64,000 nt of DNA, from assembly GCA_964646345.1 (NCBI GenBank), contig CAZYDU010000002.1:38802-102801 (forward strand), written 5' to 3'. The notes below the pieces were generated by a model. The model ran no database searches. It worked only from the letters and a program-made list of their open reading frames with translations, and was not told the origin of the DNA. This DNA comes from an uncultured Lachnospiraceae bacterium. GTDB taxonomy: Bacteria; Bacillota; Clostridia; Christensenellales; UBA1242. Shown one piece after another: positions 44,577 to 54,676 of this stretch. Every line of letters starts with the position of its first letter. Within the stretch, counting starts at the first letter, position 1. A program made the position numbers and the translations under genes.

Positions 44577-44660
44577 GCGAGGATGGCGGAATGGCAGACG
44601 CGGTCGTTTAAGGGGCGGCTTACGCAAGTAGTGAGGGTTCGACCCCCTTTCCTCGCACCA
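44577..44660 (+). tRNA. tRNA-Leu, class II; hand fold gives anticodon AAG
   Basis: Acceptor GCGAGGA/TCCTCGC, D-arm GCG-GAATGGCAGA-CGC, anticodon stem GTCGT/GCGGC, loop TTAAGGG. Variable arm TTAC-GCAA-GTAG, T-arm GAGGG-TTCGACC-CCCTT, CCA encoded. Confidence 0.8.
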
Positions 44661-44751
44661 AAATAAGAAATCAATCCAAAATGGGTTGATTTTTTATTTT
44701 ACATAAAATCAAAATTCTAGACTATATCTTCTATTATTTCTTATTAAAAAC

Positions 44752-45279
44752 TCACAAACAAAGCAACTTGTTTTTATACACCTTATAATACCCCATTACC
44801 TTATTTAAGTAATTCAACGTTTCAGGATATGAAATCAAATCTCTACTAATTCGTCCATTTTCAATCCAATCCAAAACCTTTGTTTCACCAGCATTATAAG
44901 CACAAACAACTGTCTCTATATCATTAAATTTATCAAATAAATATCTTAAATAAAAGCAACCAAACTCAATATTAACTTTTGGCTCAAATAAATTTTCCTT
45001 ATTGTATTCCACACCAAGTTCTTCAGCTATCCATTTTGCAGTACTTGGCAAAATTTGCATAAGTCCCAACGCACCACTACTTGAAACTGCATTTTTATTA
45101 AAATCACTCTCCTGTTTAATAACAGCATAAACAAGTGCAATCTCTAAGTCATAATTATCACAATTTGTAAGCACAAGATTTTTGTATTTTTTAGGAAAGA
45201 TTATATAGTTAACAAAAATGGCAACAAAAAAAAGAATAACTACACTAAATAAAAAGATAAAATAAATCTTCTTTTTCAT
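44752..45279 (-). CDS. Lytic transglycosylase (SLT domain) with N-terminal anchor
   Basis: ESDFNKNAVSSSGALGLMQILPSTA and AYNAG motifs. ATG at 45279 (MKKKIYFIF...). Confidence 0.8.
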   Translation of the reverse strand: MKKKIYFIFLFSVVILFFVAIFVNYIIFPKKYKNLVLTNCDNYDLEIALVYAVIKQESDFNKNAVSSSGALGLMQILPSTAKWIAEELGVEYNKENLFEPKVNIEFGCFYLRYLFDKFNDIETVVCAYNAGETKVLDWIENGRISRDLISYPETLNYLNKVMGYYKVYKNKLLCL

Positions 45280-45366
45280 ACAAATAGTATATGTTATTCT
45301 TTTTATTTTTAGCAAATTGGCAACAAAAATATTAAAGCTAAAATTTAACTTTATTATTTAATTTAA

Positions 45367-47904
45367 TTAATGCCCATCACTCCACCTATAACTTGCAACA
45401 ACATCAACATCTAAAGGAACAATTAACGAGCAGGCATTTTTCATTTCATTTACCAAAATCTCCTTCACTGCAACTTCTTCTGATTTTGGACAATCAATTA
45501 TAAGTTCATCATGCACTTGCATAATCAACTTAGCTTTATACCCCCCTTTCTCTAATGCATCAAAAATATTAACCATCGCTATTTTGATAATATCCGCTGC
45601 AGTCCCTTGCAAAGGCATATTTTGACTAGCTCGCTCCGCTCTTGAACGAACCATAAAATTACTTGCATTAATGTCAAACATTTTTCTAGTTCTTCCAAAC
45701 AATGTTGTAGCTTTCCCTGTATCTTTTGCCGTTTGGATTAAATTATTCATCAAGTCTTCAACGGCTTTATGTTTTGCATAATAGTTATTTATAAATTCTT
45801 TTGCTTCTTTTGCACTAATATGCAAATCATTTGCCAAACCATATTCACTAATACCATAAATTATGCCAAAATTCACAACTTTTGCAGCTCTACGCATATC
45901 TTTTGTGACCAATTCTTTAGAAACACCATACACAGAACTTGCGGTCTGAGTGTGAATATCTTCTCCCGAATTAAAAGAATCAACAAACAACGGGTCTTTA
46001 GATAGATGTGCCAGTATTCTAAGTTCAATTTGCGAATAATCCGCATCAATTAAAACAGAATCTTCACTAGATGCAACAAACATACTTCTAATTTCTCTGC
46101 TTTCTTCTGACCTAATTGGAATATTTTGCAAATTTGGTTCAGTCGACGAAAGCCTGCCAGTAGTTGTGAAAGTTTGCTTAAAATAAGTATGAACCAAATG
46201 ATTTTTGTCAATATGTGGGTATATTCCAGATATATAAGTATTAAGCAACTTAGAAACTTTTCTATACCTTAAAACAAATTTTACAATCTCATGCTCATTT
46301 TCAATTTCTTGCAAATTCTCAGCACTGGTTGACATTTTCTTTTTATGTGAAAGTCCAAGTTTAACAAATAAAATATCCGCAAGTTGCTTTGGCGAATTAA
46401 TATTAAATTCACAACCAGCAAGTTCATAAATTTTATTAGTTAACTCCTTAAGTTCAGACTCATATTTTTGTTTAAGCTCATCAAGCACTTTCTCATCAAT
46501 CTTAAACCCATTTTGTTCCATTGAAAACAAAACCTTAGCAAGCCTATTTTCTACCATATAGTACAGATAATGTAATTTTTCATTTTCAATCTTTGCAGAG
46601 TAGTCCTTATAAAAATTATACATTTTTAAAGTTATACCCAAGATATTTTCATCAAAAAACACATCTTTTACACTATCAACAGGAACCCCATCAACTAGAT
46701 ATTTTGCAATGCTAATATCGAAATAATTATTTAAACTTACTTTATATCTTTTTAGATTATACATATCTCTCTTTGAATCAAAGGAAATTTTTAAAATATT
46801 TTCATCTTCAAAAATCTCTTTCATATCTTCAAAGAATTTAAAGCTATCAATACCACAAGAAAGTAAGTCATCATATAAATTAATACGAAAAACATCATCT
46901 CCAAAGCACATCTCAATTAAGTTATTTTCAATAAAAAATGAGATTAATTCACGTTTTTTTGCTAGATTTTTAATATTTTTGATAAGATTTGCGTTTTTTA
47001 TTTCAATAACATTTACTTCATTTTCTTGAACTTCATCTTTGCTTAAATCGAATATTTTTGTATTTTTAAGTAAACTTTTAAATTCGAAAATTTTAAAACT
47101 TTCATAAACAGCTCTTGAAAAAGGAAAATCAAATTTACAATCTTCGAGTTTTAAATCAATATCCCCTTTAGTTAAAATTGTAGCAAGCTCTTTCGATAAA
47201 AAAGCCATGTCTTTATTTTGTTCCAACTTTTCTTTTAACTTACCAGGAATTTCATCAATATGTTCATACAAATTTTCAATCGAAGAATATTTCAAAATTA
47301 AATCCGTTGCAGTCTTAGGCCCAACACCCGCAACACCAGGAATATTATCTGAAGCATCGCCTTGCAAAGCCTTTAAATCAATAAACTGTTTTGGTGTTAC
47401 ACCATACTCTTGTTTTAAAGTTTTCACATCAATAATTTTTACATCGCTTGTACCTTTTTTTGTAAAATAAACAGATGTAGCATCATCAACAAGTTGAAAA
47501 GAATCTCTATCTCCTGTCACAATAATTGTTTCAGTATCCAAAAATTTCTTCGATACTATCCCTATAATATCATCGCCTTCAATTCCTTCTTTTTCAACTG
47601 TAACAATATTCATAAGTTTTAACATTTCTTTTAATGGCACAATTTGTTCACGTAATTCATCAGGCATTGGTTTTCTAGTTGCCTTATAACCATCAAACAA
47701 ATCGTTTCGAAAAGTATGTTTACCAGCATCAAAAGCAACAACCATATATTTTGGTTTTATATTATTTATTATATTAATTATCTGCATAGCAAAACCATAA
47801 ATAGCATTTGAAAATTCTCCTTCACTATTTGCGAGAAGTGGCAACGCATAAAACGAACGATACATAATACTATTTCCATCAATAATAACAAGTTTATCCG
47901 ACAT
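45367..47904 (-). CDS. polA: DNA polymerase I
   Basis: 5' nuclease N-terminus and a family A pol domain with motifs DYSQIELR, RRAAKVVNFGIIYG and QVHDE. Confidence 0.95.
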   Translation of the reverse strand: MSDKLVIIDGNSIMYRSFYALPLLANSEGEFSNAIYGFAMQIINIINNIKPKYMVVAFDAGKHTFRNDLFDGYKATRKPMPDELREQIVPLKEMLKLMNIVTVEKEGIEGDDIIGIVSKKFLDTETIIVTGDRDSFQLVDDATSVYFTKKGTSDVKIIDVKTLKQEYGVTPKQFIDLKALQGDASDNIPGVAGVGPKTATDLILKYSSIENLYEHIDEIPGKLKEKLEQNKDMAFLSKELATILTKGDIDLKLEDCKFDFPFSRAVYESFKIFEFKSLLKNTKIFDLSKDEVQENEVNVIEIKNANLIKNIKNLAKKRELISFFIENNLIEMCFGDDVFRINLYDDLLSCGIDSFKFFEDMKEIFEDENILKISFDSKRDMYNLKRYKVSLNNYFDISIAKYLVDGVPVDSVKDVFFDENILGITLKMYNFYKDYSAKIENEKLHYLYYMVENRLAKVLFSMEQNGFKIDEKVLDELKQKYESELKELTNKIYELAGCEFNINSPKQLADILFVKLGLSHKKKMSTSAENLQEIENEHEIVKFVLRYRKVSKLLNTYISGIYPHIDKNHLVHTYFKQTFTTTGRLSSTEPNLQNIPIRSEESREIRSMFVASSEDSVLIDADYSQIELRILAHLSKDPLFVDSFNSGEDIHTQTASSVYGVSKELVTKDMRRAAKVVNFGIIYGISEYGLANDLHISAKEAKEFINNYYAKHKAVEDLMNNLIQTAKDTGKATTLFGRTRKMFDINASNFMVRSRAERASQNMPLQGTAADIIKIAMVNIFDALEKGGYKAKLIMQVHDELIIDCPKSEEVAVKEILVNEMKNACSLIVPLDVDVVASYRWSDGH

Positions 47905-47990
47905 ATTCTTATCTCCTAAATTTAGTATATCATTATTTCATCAAAATAAAAAATAAAAAAGAGACAAATCTCCTTTTTATTTTTAACTAT

Positions 47991-48527
47991 CTAATCAGAA
48001 ACAGCTGTAACTAAATCAGCATCAATCATTATTTTTATAACCGACTCAGTACTATCAGAATATTTGCACGTTAAAACATAATTTTTGGTGTTAGCAGATA
48101 ATATCAAATTACAATAAGCATCTTCACTAGGTTTATTATCCAAAAGATTAGAAATTGAATCAACATAATTTTCTGTATTTTTATCAGTTGAGTAAACCTT
48201 TGTGATATCCCCTTTAATTTCAAAACTATCAATAGTCCTTTCATCGTCAAACTCAAATTTTATAACAAACACATGTGTAGCGTCATTAACACCAAAAGCA
48301 CTTTTTTGAGCCCTACTCATAGCTTCAATCTCTCCAGTTATTTTTATCTCATCATTACTTTGTTTTAATTCAACTTTATCAGAATTTTCAAATTCAACTT
48401 CATTTAAAACAACTTTTGCAAGTGTAACTTTTTCAGCAACACTATTTTTCATATTGCCACAAGCCACACCACAAATTGAAATAAATAACATCATTACAGT
48501 AATTGCTCTTTTTATAAATTTTCTCAT
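47991..48527 (-). CDS. Putative lipoprotein
   Basis: Signal peptide with a lipobox-like ICGVAC. Paralogous pattern to 48580-49065. Confidence 0.55.
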   Translation of the reverse strand: MRKFIKRAITVMMLFISICGVACGNMKNSVAEKVTLAKVVLNEVEFENSDKVELKQSNDEIKITGEIEAMSRAQKSAFGVNDATHVFVIKFEFDDERTIDSFEIKGDITKVYSTDKNTENYVDSISNLLDNKPSEDAYCNLILSANTKNYVLTCKYSDSTESVIKIMIDADLVTAVSD

Positions 48528-48579
48528 AAATTCTCCTACTTTTATTGTTTTTTAATTATTTTTACTATATTTTGCGTTT

Positions 48580-49065
48580 TTATTTTAATATTAAATTTTC
48601 ATCAAATTTAATAACATAACTGTTTTTATCTTCTCCATTCCATGAAACAGTTATTGAAATAGTTTTATTTTTAACCGCTTCCAAAATTATAAAAGTATAA
48701 TCAGAACCGTTCAAATGTTCAGCATCATAAGCCCTAACACCATCGACTTTTATATTAAGTTTTTCTCTATCAATTTCTTTACCGTTGGCAGACAACTTAA
48801 TCGCAACCACATGACTTATATCACTATCTATATCAAATTCCTTCTTTACACTTTCATCGGTTAAACCTTCCACATTACCACGAATCTCATAAACATTATC
48901 TTCCATCTCCACAATCTTAACACCACTATTAGCAAAAGTGTAAGAATCATGAATTCTATCCCCTGCACCCATTAATTCAATATCTTTACTTTTATTCATT
49001 TTTGAACACGATGCAATAACCAACGAAAATAAAATACAACATAAAACAACACAAAAATTTTTCAT
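48580..49065 (-). CDS. Putative lipoprotein (paralog of the neighbour)
   Basis: ATG at 49065 with an AGGTGA RBS and lipobox VIASC. Confidence 0.55.
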   Translation of the reverse strand: MKNFCVVLCCILFSLVIASCSKMNKSKDIELMGAGDRIHDSYTFANSGVKIVEMEDNVYEIRGNVEGLTDESVKKEFDIDSDISHVVAIKLSANGKEIDREKLNIKVDGVRAYDAEHLNGSDYTFIILEAVKNKTISITVSWNGEDKNSYVIKFDENLILK

Positions 49066-49156
49066 GATTTCACCTAATAATAATATTTGCAAAAAGAAAA
49101 ATAATTATACAAAAAAAATACAGCCCAAAAGCTGTATTTTTTATTTAAATTATTCT

Positions 49157-49702
49157 TTACTCATCTTTATTATCTTTTTCAAATGCTTCTTCAAAAGCCT
49201 TAACACATTCTTCAATGGTATCAACAGCATCATTTCTGCCACTAATACTTTCAATTTTTACAGGTTTATTTTCAAGCTGTTTATATACGGTCAAGAAATG
49301 AATTAATTCATCAAAGATATGTTTTGGCAATTCTGAAATATCTGTATAGCAATTATTTTGCGGATCACCAAAAGGAATTGCAATAATTTTTTGGTCAAGT
49401 TCATTACCATCAATCATTTTAATTACACCTATTGGATAGCAACGCACCAAACTCATTTTTTCAATAGGCTGACTGCACATTACAAACACATCTAACGGAT
49501 CGTTATCTGGACTCAAAGTTCTTGGAATAAATCCATAATTCATTGGATAATGAGTGGCTGTAAATAAAACCCTATCCAAAATAATCAAAGATGTTTCCTT
49601 ATCAAGTTCATATTTATTTTTACCACCTTGTTCAATTTCTATAAAACAAACAAAGTCGTCTTTTTTTATTCTTTCTTTATTTATATCTTTCCAAATATTC
49701 AT
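49157..49702 (-). CDS. ppa: Inorganic pyrophosphatase, family I
   Basis: IEIEQGGKNKYELD, YPMNYGFIP and DNDPLDV motifs. Confidence 0.9.
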   Translation of the reverse strand: MNIWKDINKERIKKDDFVCFIEIEQGGKNKYELDKETSLIILDRVLFTATHYPMNYGFIPRTLSPDNDPLDVFVMCSQPIEKMSLVRCYPIGVIKMIDGNELDQKIIAIPFGDPQNNCYTDISELPKHIFDELIHFLTVYKQLENKPVKIESISGRNDAVDTIEECVKAFEEAFEKDNKDE

Positions 49703-49777
49703 TATAATCTCCTTAACTAGTTCATTATATCATTAACAAAACTTCAAGTCAAATTTAAATTTATAATGAAAAATAAA

Positions 49778-50623
49778 CTATTTTTTCTTTTTCCTTTTAA
49801 AATATGTATCAGCAATCAAAGCTGTTTTCATATTAATTTTTACTTCATCTTCAATCAAATCAACATTTTGGTTAGAAAAATCACTTGCAAATAAGCTAGA
49901 ATCATCATCAGTAACATTAACCTTATTATCACTATTAACCATCATGCTATCTGTTCTTGAAAATAAAGATTTATGAAAATTTTCATCTAAATTTAAGTGC
50001 TTGTCAGAATTAATATTTAAATACCTATCCGATATATGAGATGCGAACATATTATCATGATTATCATCTTTCATAACTGAAGACAACCTTATTGAATGGT
50101 CAAAATGTTTAACTTTATCATGACAATACTCACAATCATCTTTTGTTTCAGCAACAAAACCAAATTCATCATTTGTTTCTTCGTTTTCATTATTTCGTCC
50201 TTGCTCTTTTGTTTCATCAACAAATGATTTAAATTTTGCTATGTTCTTTGAAGTGTTTACAAACTCAACATTTCTATCATAAATCGGGTCTATTTTTGTC
50301 TCCGTTTTACCACTTTCATCTTTTTGTTCTCTTTTATAAACTTGAACAATTTTTGGTTTTTTATCTATTTTTTTAGATTTTTTATCTTCGTTTTGCGTTT
50401 TTTCTTCCAGTTGTTCAACAGGTATTTGTGCCGGTTTTACATCTTTTTCAGCATCTTTTTTCGTTTCTTTTTTCTCAGATGTTTCCTTTTTATCATTTTT
50501 AACTTCTTCTTTTTTTTCAACCTTAGTTGGCAATTTTTTTATAAATAAATACATCAAAAAAAGAATTAAAACAATACCCAGCACAATCAATATTGATTTG
50601 TTATTGTATAAAAACGCTACCAT
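49778..50623 (-). CDS. Hypothetical membrane-anchored K/E-rich protein
   Basis: One N-terminal TM followed by a low-complexity charged region. Confidence 0.4.
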   Translation of the reverse strand: MVAFLYNNKSILIVLGIVLILFLMYLFIKKLPTKVEKKEEVKNDKKETSEKKETKKDAEKDVKPAQIPVEQLEEKTQNEDKKSKKIDKKPKIVQVYKREQKDESGKTETKIDPIYDRNVEFVNTSKNIAKFKSFVDETKEQGRNNENEETNDEFGFVAETKDDCEYCHDKVKHFDHSIRLSSVMKDDNHDNMFASHISDRYLNINSDKHLNLDENFHKSLFSRTDSMMVNSDNKVNVTDDDSSLFASDFSNQNVDLIEDEVKINMKTALIADTYFKRKKKK

Positions 50624-50631
50624 AACATCTC

Positions 50632-51840
50632 CTATTTTTTAGTATCAGAATCTGTTGTAGAATTATTTTTTCTTTGAGCAGCGGCAAGAGAAGCAAATCT
50701 AGCAGCCAAAGGATTCATTGATGGCGTTGAGCTTGGCATAGATTGAGAGAATTGTGAAAATCCAAAACCCGAACCACCACTTGGTTGCGGTGTATATTTA
50801 GGAAAACTTGATGTTGTTTCCTTTTTTGATGCAAGTTTTTCAGTTTTTTCATTCTCTGCATTGCTTAATGATTTTCTCATCGCAGTATCTGCCTGAATAT
50901 TTTGCATTTCATAATAATCATTAACCGAAATTTTACCCATTGAAAGAGCTTTTGCTAATGCTTTTGGAACTTCAGCTTCAGCCTTAATTACTTCTGCTCT
51001 CATTTCCTGAACTCTTGCCTTCATTTCATTTTCAGCTGCAATCGCCATGCTTTTTCTTTCTTCAGCCTTAGCTTGAGCTATTCGTTTCTCAGCTTCAGCC
51101 TTAGCAATATTAAGTTCCGCATCAATATTTCTTCCAACATCAATATCTGCAATATCAAGAGAAGAAATATAATATGCTGTACCACGATCAAGTCCTTTTT
51201 CAAGAACAGTAGACGATATAAGCTCTGGACTTTCCAAAATCATTTTATGTGAAGTTGTCGAACCAACAGTAGTAACGATACCTTCACCAACACGAGCAAT
51301 AATTGTATCTTCGCCAGCACCCGAAATCTGCATTAACATATTTGATATAACTGTTACCTTTGCCTTAACAATCAATTCAATACCATCTTTTGCTACAGCA
51401 GAAATTTCAGGAGTTTCAATTATTTTTGGAACAACTGTATTTCTAACAGCTTCATAAACATCTCGACCAGCAAGGTCAATCGCTTTTGCTTTCGAAACCG
51501 TCAAATCAATATTTGCCGAATATGCCGCAACCAAAGCTTTCACAACATTCTCGACATTACCACCAGCCATAAAGTGGGTTTCGAGTTCATCAACAGAAAT
51601 TCTAAGTCCAGCCTTTTTAGCAGTAATATAATTAAGCGTAATAAGTTGACAATCAACTTTTCTAAGTTTCATACCAATAAGTTTCATCATTGAAATGTGT
51701 GCTGACGAAACCATAGCCCTAAACCATAACTTAAATGGAACAAGTATCAGCATGATAATCAATAAGGTTAACAGCACCGCACCAGCGATCGACAACCCAA
51801 CTATCCAGCCTGCACTTAAAGTAAAACCACAAATAAACAT
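50632..51840 (-). CDS. floA: Flotillin-like protein FloA with low-complexity C-terminal extension
   Basis: N-terminal hairpin anchor and the UPF0365/YqfA core (LIGMKLRKV...ITAKKAGL...). About 70 extra S/P/G-rich residues at the C-terminus. Confidence 0.8.
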   Translation of the reverse strand: MFICGFTLSAGWIVGLSIAGAVLLTLLIIMLILVPFKLWFRAMVSSAHISMMKLIGMKLRKVDCQLITLNYITAKKAGLRISVDELETHFMAGGNVENVVKALVAAYSANIDLTVSKAKAIDLAGRDVYEAVRNTVVPKIIETPEISAVAKDGIELIVKAKVTVISNMLMQISGAGEDTIIARVGEGIVTTVGSTTSHKMILESPELISSTVLEKGLDRGTAYYISSLDIADIDVGRNIDAELNIAKAEAEKRIAQAKAEERKSMAIAAENEMKARVQEMRAEVIKAEAEVPKALAKALSMGKISVNDYYEMQNIQADTAMRKSLSNAENEKTEKLASKKETTSSFPKYTPQPSGGSGFGFSQFSQSMPSSTPSMNPLAARFASLAAAQRKNNSTTDSDTKK

Positions 51841-52075
51841 TTTTGGTCCTCCTATAATTGGTTTTATTATATCATAATTATTTTAGAAAATCAATACAAC
51901 TTTTAAAAATTATAAAAATATAACAAGTTTGATTGATTTATCCATTTGCAAAATTCAACATAAACATTGATTTTATCAATATTTACACTCACTTCTCTCC
52001 TATTGAAAAAAATTTTGCTAACTTATTGAATTTTTCATTAAACTATGCTATAATACAGCCAAGGAAGTGATAAAA

Positions 52076-52486
52076 ATGATTAAATTTAATAACAATAATT
52101 TTTCTAAATCTTTAGAACTCTTACCACCTGAATTAATTGAAATTATATATCAATTTAAAAATAATGGTTATATTCTTGCTGAAAAACCTTCAACTGAATC
52201 AGTAAAAATGTCTCAGGTTGTTCTCATTGACCCTATTAATGATGAAATTTCTCTTTCAAGAATCACAATAAAACCAAATCCAAATTATAAAGATTACTTA
52301 AAAGAAACTCATGAATATCAAGTCAATGAACGACCTAACACAATTTTACCTTACACACTTGATGAAGAAGCTCACATAACATCATCTCAATCCGGAGTAT
52401 TAAATGAAGCTGAATTTAATGCATTAAAAGCAAGTCCATCATTTCATTTGTTACCACAAAATTCAAATGCTGAACCTGGAAAATAA
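52076..52486 (+). CDS. Hypothetical protein
   Basis: ATG at 52076 with an AAGGAAG RBS; terminator hairpin downstream. Confidence 0.4.
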   Translation: MIKFNNNNFSKSLELLPPELIEIIYQFKNNGYILAEKPSTESVKMSQVVLIDPINDEISLSRITIKPNPNYKDYLKETHEYQVNERPNTILPYTLDEEAHITSSQSGVLNEAEFNALKASPSFHLLPQNSNAEPGK

Positions 52487-52694
52487 TTTATACAAAAAGA
52501 CCTTTTCATAATAAGCAAAACCTTATTAAAAGGTCTTTTTCTTTCGTTTTTTATAAACTCAGCTTCCCACTATTCAAAATCATATTTTAAAATTTAGTCA
52601 TAAAAAAAGAACATACTCGGGTGAAGATATAAGTATGTTCTCTACACAAAAGGAGTTTAGGGATACGTAAAACTATAATTTTCAGTAACAAAGG

Positions 52695-53390
52695 TTATTG
52701 TGGAAGTTGTGGAAATACAACTTCTCTTTGCATGAAATAATCACGCATATCATCAAGGGTATCATAATCTTCATCAAAACCCACAATTTCCTTAAAATCG
52801 TCCATACCTATTCTATGCTTTTCAAATGGTACGTCATTCAACCCAAATTCAACCATCTTAATTTTCACAACCTGCTCAAAATGATTGAGATTTTTTGATT
52901 GAATTTCATTACTATCATTAAAAGCAAAAAGTTTAATTTTTCTACCATCTCTATTAAAATTTTCAAAATATCCCAGATTTCTAATTACAGCCATCAATCT
53001 ACTCAAACATTCGTCAAAACCCAAGTTTTTAAATTCTTTTAATTCTTTAGCAGTTACAACACCATTCGCATCATCATTCAAAGCACAAATATTTATAACC
53101 TTATCTTTTTTATCAGTTGTAATACATATCGAAGGATTAATTTCCAAAATATAAGAAGTTAGTCCAACGGTTTCATTTTTATTTTGCAGAAATAAACTTG
53201 AAACACATAAAGCCATAAATACAAAACACGTAAAACAAATCGCCAACTTAAAAATACTAAATTTCTTACAACTGCAAGTAATAGTTTTATCTTTTATAGC
53301 AAGTTCAGTATTATTCAACTTTTCAGACATTTCAATATCAAGCTTTAAATTTTCTTCTTTTAGCTTTGCTTTAAAATCTTTTACTTTCAT
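52695..53390 (-). CDS. Putative anti-sigma factor (single TM)
   Basis: Translationally coupled downstream of the ECF sigma gene, with one central TM segment. Confidence 0.5.
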   Translation of the reverse strand: MKVKDFKAKLKEENLKLDIEMSEKLNNTELAIKDKTITCSCKKFSIFKLAICFTCFVFMALCVSSLFLQNKNETVGLTSYILEINPSICITTDKKDKVINICALNDDANGVVTAKELKEFKNLGFDECLSRLMAVIRNLGYFENFNRDGRKIKLFAFNDSNEIQSKNLNHFEQVVKIKMVEFGLNDVPFEKHRIGMDDFKEIVGFDEDYDTLDDMRDYFMQREVVFPQLPQ

Positions 53391-53391
53391 C

Positions 53392-53910
53392 TTAATCCCC
53401 CTTTATTTTATTTTTTAAATCTTTCAACGCTCTATTATATCTCCACAAAACCGTACCAAGTGGTAGATTTAATATTTCAGCAATTTCCCTATTTTTGTAA
53501 CCATGCAAAACATGCAACAAAACAATCTGCCTATCTATAACTGACAAATATTTATTAAGCAAATCATGTACATACATTTTTGTATCCGGCTCAAAGCTTT
53601 TTTCAAGCACAACTTCATCAATCGGAATTAATTCCCTAGATGTAGGTTTTTTCAAATAATCCAAACAAAGATTTTTAGCTATTTGAAATAGCCATGCCGT
53701 AACATTCGTACCTAAAACATATTTATTAACATTAAGTTTCACTTTAATATACGTTTCTTGCATTAAATCTTCACTTGTGTGCCAATTCTTAACATAAGAA
53801 TAAATAAAACTAAATAAACCCTTATACGTCTCATGATAAAATAAGGCAAAGGATTCTTCATCACCCGCCTGCACCAGCTCCATAAGTTTATCAAGTTCTT
53901 TTTTATTCAT
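53392..53910 (-). CDS. ECF-type RNA polymerase sigma-70 factor
   Basis: Region 2 (DLMQETYIKV) and region 4 HTH (NREIAEILNLPLGTVLWRYNRA). Confidence 0.85.
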   Translation of the reverse strand: MNKKELDKLMELVQAGDEESFALFYHETYKGLFSFIYSYVKNWHTSEDLMQETYIKVKLNVNKYVLGTNVTAWLFQIAKNLCLDYLKKPTSRELIPIDEVVLEKSFEPDTKMYVHDLLNKYLSVIDRQIVLLHVLHGYKNREIAEILNLPLGTVLWRYNRALKDLKNKIKGD

Positions 53911-54001
53911 TTGTTTACACTCTAATCAACGATTATAACATTTATTTTATTGGTAGATTAAATAAAAAGTGTATCACTTTTCTATAAGCAATACACTCAA
54001 A

Positions 54002-54592
54002 TTAGTATCTCGAGTTTTTTCTAACCTTGCGATTTATCTTTTGTTTATAAAATAGGCCGTATTTTTTTCTAGCATCTTCATCAGCCTTTTCATACCTATC
54101 CAGCACAGCATTAAAAGTTTTAACATAATCTGGGTCATCATATTTATGTTTCTGCAAAAATTTAATCGAATACTTTTGAGCATCACGTTCAACAACTTGA
54201 TTATTATACATCAAATTATCAGTCGTAGATGAAAAATACCCTTGCCAATTTTCACGCCATTTTTTTGCAGTAAACTCGTACCATTTCAATTTTCTTGAAA
54301 TAACCGAAAACTGATAAGCATGTCTCGTTTCATGAGCAATAGTCTCCATACCATGAAACCTGTATTTTGGTTGTTCTAACAATATAGAATTTATAATTAT
54401 TTTTTTATTAACTGAATCCGTTGTAAAAGCACCAAAACAATTCCAATCTTCATACTTAATTTCAAGTTTCACTGGCTCAATCTTGAGTTTTTTTGCAACT
54501 CTTTTTTCTAGTTCCACAAAAATTTTAAATCGTTTTTCATATGAATATTTTTGCCATTTTTTTGCTTTAAACTTTGAATATAAAAACCACAT
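54002..54592 (-). CDS. Putative zinc metallopeptidase (HExxH)
   Basis: A single HETRH motif in IAHETRHAYQ. Otherwise unrecognised. Confidence 0.4.
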   Translation of the reverse strand: MWFLYSKFKAKKWQKYSYEKRFKIFVELEKRVAKKLKIEPVKLEIKYEDWNCFGAFTTDSVNKKIIINSILLEQPKYRFHGMETIAHETRHAYQFSVISRKLKWYEFTAKKWRENWQGYFSSTTDNLMYNNQVVERDAQKYSIKFLQKHKYDDPDYVKTFNAVLDRYEKADEDARKKYGLFYKQKINRKVRKNSRY

Positions 54593-54676
54593 TTCATATC
54601 ACCTTAAGTAAATCTTATCATATTTTTAACATTAAAACAAGAATATTTGCCAAACATAAAAAATATATTGTATAAT

